A DNA stretch of 64,000 nucleotides, taken from positions 3,048 through 67,047 of the forward strand of contig JAGOQU010000002.1 in the NCBI GenBank assembly GCA_018063165.1, given 5' to 3'. Below are positions 58,015 to 64,000 of this stretch, piece after piece; the first letter of the stretch is position 1, and each line of letters begins with the position of its first letter. The stretch comes from Minisyncoccota bacterium (GTDB taxonomy: Bacteria; Patescibacteriota; Minisyncoccia; Phycocordibacterales; UBA5272). The notes beneath the pieces are model-generated. The model saw only the letters and a program-made list of their open reading frames with translations, did no database searches and was not told the origin of the DNA. The position numbers and the translations under genes are program-made.

Positions 58015-58074
58015 CTGGGCACCAATGTAAAAAAGCAACATCATTTGATGTTGCTTTTTTACATTGGTGCCCAG
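58015..58074. terminator. 29-bp perfect hairpin incorporating the tRNA-Leu 3' end
   Basis: ctgggcaccaatgtaaaaaagcaacatca-tt-tgatgttgcttttttacattggtgcccag. Confidence 0.6.
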
Positions 58075-58151
58075 GAGAGGACTTGAACCTCCATGCCGTT
58101 GCCAGCGCTACCACCTCAAGGTAGTGCGTCTACCAGTTTCGCCACCTGGGC
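58065..58151 (-). tRNA. tRNA-Leu (anticodon GAG), type II, with genomically encoded CCA
   Basis: Minus-strand: GCCCAGGTGGCGAAACTGGTAGACGCA-CTACC-TTGAGGT-GGTAG-variable arm-GGAGGTTCAAGTCCTCT-CCTGGGC-A-CCA. Confidence 0.7.
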
Positions 58152-58243
58152 ATATATACTTTTTCTCCTTCGTGAGGTACTTAAAATACTACCATAAAAA
58201 CAAGAAAAATAAAATGGCTTCATTTAAGAAGCCATTTAACTAC

Positions 58244-58693
58244 TTAATACAAATCTTTGAAAGTGACTTTGTATAAAAGCATTGTTTTTTCACCTAAGTG
58301 AAGAATTTTAAGAGAACCGTATTCATTTTTAAAATGAATATACGGTATAAGCGCAAATGTTAATAATTTGTATTTTTCTTGCGATTCAAGATAATAACTG
58401 ATCAATTCATCAGGTTGCATGAACATGGGTTTACCGGAATTACTGAGATTAATTGCCGTATCTTTTTCAGAAAAATTTCTTTTTTGTAATGCTGTTAAAG
58501 CAAAACCCGAAGAAATAGAATATTCTACTTGTTGATATGGTTTATCATGAAAAGAATATGAATAGTTTTTTTCTGTTTGTTTTTCGATAAGCGAATAGTC
58601 TATGTAAAGACTGTTTTCGGCAAAAACGAGTGCTGGGTTTATGGTAAGAATTACAGAAAAAATAACAAAAAAGAGGGATCTGAATACTTGCAT
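58244..58693 (-). CDS. Secreted hypothetical protein (149 aa)
   Basis: Signal peptide 'MQVFRSLFFVIFSVILTINPALVFA'. Confidence 0.4.
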   Translation of the reverse strand: MQVFRSLFFVIFSVILTINPALVFAENSLYIDYSLIEKQTEKNYSYSFHDKPYQQVEYSISSGFALTALQKRNFSEKDTAINLSNSGKPMFMQPDELISYYLESQEKYKLLTFALIPYIHFKNEYGSLKILHLGEKTMLLYKVTFKDLY

Positions 58694-58959
58694 TATGTAT
58701 CTCCTTTTGTGGTGGTTGTGATATTTAAAAAGAACAGAACTTTATACTAGCACTTTGCTTAGTATAAAGCACTCTTCAAAAAAATAGAAATATGTGTTAG
58801 AGTAAAGACCTGATTCTGTGGTCCACACATGGAATTAGCGTTTCCTAATCCTTCTATTTAGAAGTGTATTATTTGTTAGGAATTTAGATGAGATTTTACT
58901 TCCTGTGTTTTGTGTAATGAAAGTAAATTCTCACTCAGAATATAACTGAGAATTAAGAT

Positions 58960-59032
58960 GGTGCCTATAGTGTAATGGTTAGCACTAGGGTTTGTGGAAC
59001 CCTCAGTTCGGGTTCAAATCCCGATAGGCACA
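58960..59032 (+). tRNA. tRNA-His (anticodon GTG) with extra 5' G
   Basis: G-GTGCCTA...anticodon arm AGGGT-TTGTGGA-ACCCT, T-arm CGGGTTCAAATCCCG, acceptor TAGGCAC-A. Confidence 0.7.
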
Positions 59033-59080
59033 CACGTGAAAAAAGACAGCTTTGGCTGTCTTTTTTCGTGTGTGCCTATC
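59023..59080 (+). terminator. Long hairpin incorporating the tRNA-His 3' end
   Basis: gataggcacacacgtgaaaaaagacagc-tttg-gctgtcttttttcgtgtgtgcctatc. Confidence 0.55.
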
Positions 59081-59398
59081 GAGTAACAAAACCAAAGTTT
59101 TGTTGCGTGGATTTGAAGCGAAAAAGTGGCTACGAAATAACTACAAAGAAAAGCTGAACCCCTGACTTTTCTTTGTAATTATTTTGTCACTTTTTCTGGG
59201 GGTCGAGGAGCAATGTTTTTATTGAGCACAAAATGTGAAAAGAGAAACATGTGCGAGGTGACCAAATCCCGATTGAATTTTACACCAGAAACCTCCTTAT
59301 CAAAAAAAAGGGTTTAGTTCTCACATTTTGGTACCCTTTAGAGAATTACAGAGGAGATTGGAACTGTACAATAATTTTATTCTGAGTATAATAAAATC
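59033..59398 (+). repeat. Cassette-array structured repeat unit U1 (between tRNA-His and the cupin gene)
   Basis: Contains the inverted tRNA-His 3' copy 'gtgtgcctatc...ggatttgaa', the 'ctacgaaa' box, a covarying hairpin, the 'tgggggtcgagg...gaggtgaccaaatcccgat' module and a promoter-like box at 59341-59392. Confidence 0.6.
59341..59392 (+). promoter_or_regulatory. Conserved promoter-like box upstream of the cupin gene
   Basis: 'gagaattacagaggagattggaactgtacaat', shared with 62206-62238; -35-like ttacag, -10-like tacaat; second 'tataat' at 59387. Confidence 0.4.
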
Positions 59399-59785
59399 AT
59401 GAAAGGATATATTATAAATATTGAAGAAGAGACATTAAAAAATACAGATTATAGACGTGTTTTATATACAAGTAAACACAGCCAGCTTGTACTCATGTGT
59501 GTTATGCCGGGTGATGAAATTGGTGAAGAGATCCATCACTTAGATCAATTTATTCGTTTTGAAGAAGGTGAAGGAAAAGTTATTTTTGATGGTGTCGAAT
59601 ATGGTGTTTCTGCTGATATGGCTGTTGTTATTCCACAAGGTATGAAACATAATGTTATAAATACGAGCACTGTACCACTTAAACTTTACAGCATTTACTC
59701 TCCACCTGAGCATAAAGATGGCATAGTTGAAAAAACAAAAGCAGACGAAGTTGAAGAACATTTTGATGGAGTGACTACAGAGTAA
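59399..59785 (+). CDS. Cupin-domain protein (128 aa)
   Basis: 'PGDEIGEEIHHLDQFIRFEEGEGKV...AVVIPQGMKHNVINTS' two-motif cupin pattern. Confidence 0.7.
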   Translation: MKGYIINIEEETLKNTDYRRVLYTSKHSQLVLMCVMPGDEIGEEIHHLDQFIRFEEGEGKVIFDGVEYGVSADMAVVIPQGMKHNVINTSTVPLKLYSIYSPPEHKDGIVEKTKADEVEEHFDGVTTE

Positions 59786-60105
59786 AGTAATTTATATTCT
59801 TATTATCTGAGTTCTAACCTCATCTACGACAGTACACACGTGAAAATAGACGGCTTCGGCCGTCTATTTTCGTGTGTGCCTATCAGTAATAATGTCCAAA
59901 CATTGTTACGTGGGATTTGAACGAAACGTCGGTCTACGAAAATGAGATGTAAAAATTGGGTGCAGTATTTTTAGATTTCATTTTTGTCGACGTTTCCCGG
60001 GGTCGAGACTTTGAGACTTTGTTTGAGTCGCAAGACGAAAAAGAAAGTCCAAAGTGGTGACCAAATATCCCGATAGGCATACTAAAGGTGTATACTTGAT
60101 TTATA
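59786..60105 (+). repeat. Cassette-array structured repeat unit U2
   Basis: Box A 'tgagttctaacctcatctacgacagtacac' (59808-59837), hairpin H1, 'gtgtgcctatcag', H2 'taataatgtccaaacattgtta', 'gggatttgaacgaaacgtcggtctacgaaa', H3, 'cccggggtcgag', H4, 'ggtgaccaaatatcccgataggca'. Confidence 0.65.
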
Positions 60106-60398
60106 TGAAAACTTTAAAAACATTTATAATTGTTTCTATTCTTACACTTGGGATGACCACATCAGTTTTTGCGGCTTGGTGGAACCCTTTTACGTGGTTT
60201 CAAAAGAAAGTTGTACCAACACAACAAGTAAAACAAAATACAGTACCGATAAATTTAACCAAAGAGGTAGCGTCAAGTACTAATATTTTAACTAAAAATT
60301 CCAACGCCCAAGTTAAGCAGGCATTTAATTTAAAAAAATTTGGAATATCTTTTGAGTACCCAAATAGTATCTTAGATATAAATATAAAGCCGAACTAA
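60106..60398 (+). CDS. Small secreted/anchored protein with conserved 'AAWWNPFTWFQKKV' N-terminal motif
   Basis: Start taken at 'MKTLKTFIIVSILTLG' (the ORF track begins at 60054 inside the repeat); paralogous N-terminus to 61141..61962. Confidence 0.45.
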
Positions 60399-60440
60399 CT
60401 TCCACTTCAGGGTGATGAGAGTGGATTATCAGAAAGTGTT

Positions 60441-60857
60441 TTGATTACGGAGAATACTATCTCTAGCCCGAGCGAAGGAAATATTAAATATGGAAATAAT
60501 TTTACTTTAGGGGTAAATATTACCATGAGTGGAGATATTGAGTTTGCTAAAAAATCTACCGAAATGAAAAGAATAGTCATTGATAACCCTAATCTAGAGG
60601 TATATTTAACGTTAGAAAATCCTGAAATAAATAACAGAGTTATCTACCACATTTATGACACTAAGAGAAACTGGCATATGTACATTACCTCTAGTTACAG
60701 TATTGATAATACTAAATTGTCGTCAGATCAAATTTCCTATACAAGAAATGTTTATAAAGAATCCATTAAATCAATATTACCAATTATAAATAGTATTAAA
60801 AATACCAATAATGTTGTATATCCTATTGGTACCAAGCTTAAAGCCGGAGGGGTTTAG
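60441..60857 (+). CDS. Hypothetical protein (138 aa)
   Basis: ORF only. Confidence 0.4.
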   Translation: MITENTISSPSEGNIKYGNNFTLGVNITMSGDIEFAKKSTEMKRIVIDNPNLEVYLTLENPEINNRVIYHIYDTKRNWHMYITSSYSIDNTKLSSDQISYTRNVYKESIKSILPIINSIKNTNNVVYPIGTKLKAGGV

Positions 60858-61140
60858 AATTTAAACTACAACAATAGATGTGAGTATTGTGCGGGTTGTT
60901 TTTCATTTGGTATGCCTATCAGTAATAATGTCCAAACATTGTTACGTGGGATTTGAACGAAACGTCGGTCTACGAAATTATTATTCAAAAATTGAGTGCA
61001 GTATTTTTGAATAATATTTTTGTCACTTTTTCTGGAGGGCGAGGAGCAATGTTTTTATTGAGCACTAAGTACGAAAAGAAAAACATATGCGAGGTGACCA
61101 AATCATAAATGAGTTATTTAAAATGGTATACTGTATCAAT
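60858..61140 (+). repeat. Cassette-array structured repeat unit U3 (5'-truncated: box A and the left arm of H1 missing)
   Basis: 'ttttcatttggtatgcctatcagtaataatgtccaaacattgttacgtgggatttgaacgaaacgtcggtctacgaaa', then covarying hairpin aattattattcaaaaa...tttttgaataatattt, 'ggagggcgaggagcaatg...gaggtgaccaaat'. Confidence 0.6.
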
Positions 61141-61962
61141 ATGAAAATAATAAAAACATTCACCATTATTTCTGTTCTCACCATCGGTATTACTCAATCA
61201 GCTTTTGCTTTATGGTGGAACCCATTTACGTGGTTTCAGAAGAAGGTGATATCAGTACAGCAAGTGCAACAAAATAACACAAATACTCATGTTCAGAATG
61301 TTTCGAGTACATTAAATGAATCTCTCTCTACAGATAATACAAGACCAGATAATGAAGTTAGTTTTAAAATTATCAAATGTAATCCAAAAACATATGATGA
61401 AAATTATTTCATTAAAGAAAAACCTTGCGTATCTGATGTTAATTCTATTGATAAAGAAAGAGAATTTAAAGCTTCAAAAATAATCAAAGAAATTGAACCA
61501 GAAGGATCGCCTTGGAGGGAGGGGGTGACGCTTTATGTTTCTGATGAGAGATATCAGTTGCTTAACGTCAACTTTGGTCCAAAAATTGGATATATAGTCG
61601 TTGATACTGTTAATAATAAAGTTTCAGATCGTTTAGTGTTTAGGGGCTCTGATTTTGTTCATAAGGATAATAAAAGAATTATTTTTACTTCAGGTCTTCG
61701 TTCTAATCCCTCAGTTTCATTAATGCAATATATATATGGAACAGAAAAACTTGTTACAATAAAGGATTCAGAAATAGTGGAACCAAAAACATATCTCGAT
61801 GGACAATCTTTAGAAACTGATAATGGAATAAAAGTTCTGGCATCATCTACTGATTCTATAACACTTGGTATCTATGATAAAAATGAAGCTATTAAAAAAC
61901 CAGAAATATATTGGGTGTCATATAAGCAAATAGGGACAAAAGTTATTGATTTGAATAAATAA
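61141..61962 (+). CDS. Secreted protein (274 aa), paralog of 60106..60398 at its N-terminus
   Basis: Start at 'MKIIKTFTIISVLTIGITQSAFALWWNPFTWFQKKV'. Confidence 0.5.
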   Translation: MKIIKTFTIISVLTIGITQSAFALWWNPFTWFQKKVISVQQVQQNNTNTHVQNVSSTLNESLSTDNTRPDNEVSFKIIKCNPKTYDENYFIKEKPCVSDVNSIDKEREFKASKIIKEIEPEGSPWREGVTLYVSDERYQLLNVNFGPKIGYIVVDTVNNKVSDRLVFRGSDFVHKDNKRIIFTSGLRSNPSVSLMQYIYGTEKLVTIKDSEIVEPKTYLDGQSLETDNGIKVLASSTDSITLGIYDKNEAIKKPEIYWVSYKQIGTKVIDLNK

Positions 61963-62244
61963 TTTGAGTTCTAATCCCGTCTACGACAGTACACAATTTT
62001 AACAAAAGACATAAACTAACAGTTTGTGTCTTTTGTTTTAAAAATTGTAGTGCCTATCGGGATTTGAACCGCGGACCGCAAGTTACGATCAGCAACTGAA
62101 GGTTTCGAGCCTAGCAAGGCGAGAGGCAAATCCCATTAAATGGTTTGAATAAAATCTCTTTATTAAACGGGGGGATTTTTAATCACAACTTTTACATACC
62201 TAATCGAGAATTACAAACGAGGTTGGAACTGGTATAATGTACTA
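61963..62244 (+). repeat. Cassette-array structured repeat unit U4
   Basis: Box A 'tgagttctaatcccgtctacgacagtacac', hairpin, then uninterrupted inverted tRNA-His 3' copy 'gtgcctatcgggatttgaacc' (21/21), and the promoter-like box 62206-62238. Confidence 0.6.
62206..62238 (+). promoter_or_regulatory. Promoter-like box upstream of the HIT gene
   Basis: -35 'ttacaa' (62211-62216), 16-nt spacer, extended -10 'tggtataat' (62230-62238). Confidence 0.45.
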
Positions 62245-62742
62245 ATGTCAAATTATGAAGCTACAACAAAAGAAGGTAAGTGTGTTTTTTGTGGAATAGT
62301 TACTGGAACGATTCCGGTTGCAGGTAAGTTTTGGGAGAATGATGAGTTTATGGCATTTTTAGCTATAGATCCAAATACAGAGGGTTTTACATGTGTAATA
62401 CCAAAAGAACATTATGGGAGTGATGTATTAAAAATGCCTGACGAGGTATTATCGAGATTTGTAATCGCTTCAAAAGAAGTTGTTCAATTACTAGAAAAAT
62501 ATTTTACAGATGTAGGTCGTGTTGGCCTTATGATGGAGGGGACAGGAATTGATCATGCTCATATCAAGTTAGCCCCATTTCATGGTACAGAAAATTTAAA
62601 GGATGGAGGTTGGCAACAATATCTAAGTGGTAAAGAATTTTGGTTTGATAAGTATGAAGGATGGATTTGTTCTGGCGGTGGGCCAAAAGCTGATCCAGAG
62701 AAATTAAAAATTCTTGCTGAGGGAATTAGAAAAGTTAGTTAG
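62245..62742 (+). CDS. HIT (histidine triad) family hydrolase
   Basis: 'CVFCGIV' zinc-like N-terminus and HIT motif 'GIDHAHIKL'. Confidence 0.7.
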   Translation: MSNYEATTKEGKCVFCGIVTGTIPVAGKFWENDEFMAFLAIDPNTEGFTCVIPKEHYGSDVLKMPDEVLSRFVIASKEVVQLLEKYFTDVGRVGLMMEGTGIDHAHIKLAPFHGTENLKDGGWQQYLSGKEFWFDKYEGWICSGGGPKADPEKLKILAEGIRKVS

Positions 62743-63047
62743 TTGAGTTCTAATCCCGTCTACGACAGTACACCAAATGTAAAATCGCCGTTTAGGCGAT
62801 TTTTCATTTGGTGTACCTATCAGTAATAATGTCTAAACATTGTTACGTGGGATTTGAACGAAACGTCGGTCTACGAAAATGAGATGTAAAAATTGGGTGC
62901 AGTATTTTTAGATTTCATTTTTGTCGACGTTTCCCGGGGTCGAGGTTAAGAGGTTTTGTTTGAATCCAGAGGACGAAAAAGAAAACCCTTAACGGTGACC
63001 AAATCCTGACGAACTTTTTTAAATAACAGATGGTATACTATTTAAAT
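62743..63047 (+). repeat. Cassette-array structured repeat unit U5
   Basis: Box A; H1 (different sequence from U2 but same flanks); ~110 bp identical to U2 (H2 through H3 to 'cccggggtcgag'); H4 with a compensatory stem (gttaagagg...cccttaac vs U2 actttg...caaagt); 'ggtgaccaaatcc'. Confidence 0.65.
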
Positions 63048-63953
63048 ATGAAAAAAATAATTTTATCAGTTTCTATACTTCTTTCTTGCTGTTTTAATCT
63101 TTATGCTGAAAATGCATCTACTACAGACAAGGAAAAAGTGATGGAAAAAATGGAAATATTTGATAAAGCAATCAATCAAGGGGATGTATCGAAAGTACAG
63201 TCACTTATTTCTTCTAGTAACACTAATTTACAAATAGCAGTTAAAGATAGAATTAGATATCCAATCAAGTTCAATTTTTACGTTAGTTCTGCTGATGAAG
63301 ATGTTCAAGCAATTAGTCCAAACGTATTTAAATATGTAGGAGCTTTCGATGCAAAAACAGACGAGATAGAAATAAAAAATTTCCCTGTTTATTTTACTTT
63401 TGAAAAAACAACAAATGGAGAATTTTTTATTGTTGATACTGACTTTGTTGATAAATTAAATTCAGGTCCAGGAGATGTTGTTAACGAAGTATTTTCACAA
63501 GCAAATATTCAAGATGTTGATAATTTTTTTAAAAATTCAAAACATTTTTTAGTTATTTTTATACTACTTATATTTTTTTGGCTCTTCATGTTTAATGATT
63601 GTCTAAAAAGAGATTTTGAAAATAAATGGCTATGGGTATTATCTTTTATAATAGGAAGTATAGCAACTGCATTTTTGTATTACTTCACAATTAAGAAAAA
63701 GGATATTGATCAAAATAGTTCAAGTAAACAAGATTTAAAAAATATTTCAAGTGAAGAAGGCTTAACAGTTAAGGAAAAAACAGTTTTAATATTTTTAAGT
63801 TTATTTATTCTTGGTTTACCTGGTGCTATTATGTACTATGTTTGGCGTAAAAAGTATCCAACAAAAGCAGAACAAGCAAAGCATATTTCGAGAGTAACGC
63901 TTTTCATTCTGTTTGTTATTTCTATTTTTATTCTAATAAAAATAAGCCCTTAG
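63048..63953 (+). CDS. Membrane protein with signal peptide and C-terminal TM helices (302 aa)
   Basis: Start at 'MKKIILSVSILLSCCFNLYA'; C-terminal hydrophobic helices. Confidence 0.45.
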   Translation: MKKIILSVSILLSCCFNLYAENASTTDKEKVMEKMEIFDKAINQGDVSKVQSLISSSNTNLQIAVKDRIRYPIKFNFYVSSADEDVQAISPNVFKYVGAFDAKTDEIEIKNFPVYFTFEKTTNGEFFIVDTDFVDKLNSGPGDVVNEVFSQANIQDVDNFFKNSKHFLVIFILLIFFWLFMFNDCLKRDFENKWLWVLSFIIGSIATAFLYYFTIKKKDIDQNSSSKQDLKNISSEEGLTVKEKTVLIFLSLFILGLPGAIMYYVWRKKYPTKAEQAKHISRVTLFILFVISIFILIKISP

Positions 63954-64000
63954 AGGAATTTAAGAAGATGAAGCTATCCCAATTCTAACCCCGTCCAAGA
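63954..64000 (+). repeat. Start of a further repeat unit (U6, truncated by the window end)
   Basis: 'ccaattctaaccccgtccaaga' resembles box A (ttctaa[ct]ccc[ga]tc). Confidence 0.4.

Noticed and set aside
59786-63047. Repeat units as tmRNA, RNase P RNA or SRP RNA genes
   Set aside because: 'GGGGTCGAGG' and the T-loop-like boxes suggested tmRNA. But no acceptor pairing with a 3' ...CCA end, no tag ORF, and no P4-like or domain-IV motifs are present. Multiple copies also argue against a housekeeping RNA.
58960-64000. Repeated intergenic units as a CRISPR array
   Set aside because: The units are ~230-320 bp, internally structured and separated by full-length genes. There are no short identical repeats at regular 25-50-bp spacing and no cas genes.
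1-64000. Alternative genetic code (UGA recoding, as in some candidate-phyla lineages)
   Set aside because: TGA functions as a stop in ATGA start/stop overlaps at 18981 (VirB4 to next gene) and at 19961. Long ORFs are intact under code 11. TAA dominates, as expected for an AT-rich genome.

Overview
This is a low-GC (~32%) bacterial window in standard code 11 (TGA is a stop, seen in ATGA overlaps at 18981 and 19961). Gene content suggests a small-genome CPR/Patescibacteria-type organism, but that is an inference and the window does not name it. The core is housekeeping: the replication-origin neighbourhood (rpmH-rnpA-yidC | dnaA-dnaN) with an AT-rich candidate oriC, ruvABC, a PcrA/UvrD helicase, rsmA, tyrS, PBP1A, a Mur ligase, a PilB/GspE ATPase, rpsT, rplS, an RluA-family synthase, and a ComM/YifB ATPase. 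Three unusual things stand out. (1) A Gram-positive-type (ICEBs1 Con/MPF-FA-like) type IV secretion cluster at ~9.9-23.2 kb next to the origin. It carries a VirB4/ConE ATPase split across two frames, a VirB3/PrgI-like protein, a giant VirB6/ConG-like polytopic protein, and two peptidoglycan-hydrolase genes (M15 peptidase and SLT lytic transglycosylase) that share a ~300-bp, ~98%-identical N-terminal membrane module. No relaxase or coupling protein is in the window. (2) Seven tRNA genes, several followed by a long perfect hairpin that incorporates the tRNA's own 3' acceptor end. Two of them (both tRNA-Arg) have a direct 16-20 nt copy of their 3' end about 150-160 bp downstream. (3) At 58.9-64 kb, downstream of tRNA-His, a same-strand array of small cargo genes (cupin, HIT, paralogous small secreted proteins, membrane protein). 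Each gene is followed by a ~230-320-bp conserved structured repeat built from tRNA-3'-half-like boxes and hairpins whose stems show compensatory base changes between copies. This looks like an integron-like or tandem tRNA-targeted cassette array, with no integrase in the window. Related covarying hairpin modules (GCAG-loop hairpins, GGGGTCGAGG...GAGGTGACC modules) occur downstream of the other tRNAs and at 46.9-47.1 kb. A ~2.8-kb segment at 48.1-51.1 kb carries a NUDIX-GNAT-SLOG operon and a small gene pair, and is bounded by ~80-bp direct repeats next to an atypical type-II tRNA. Other features: a frameshifted GT1 glycosyltransferase, an FN3-like pseudogene remnant, an ECF sigma factor locus and a P-type ATPase. 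All tRNA folds, domain calls and repeat alignments were done by eye and need tool confirmation.
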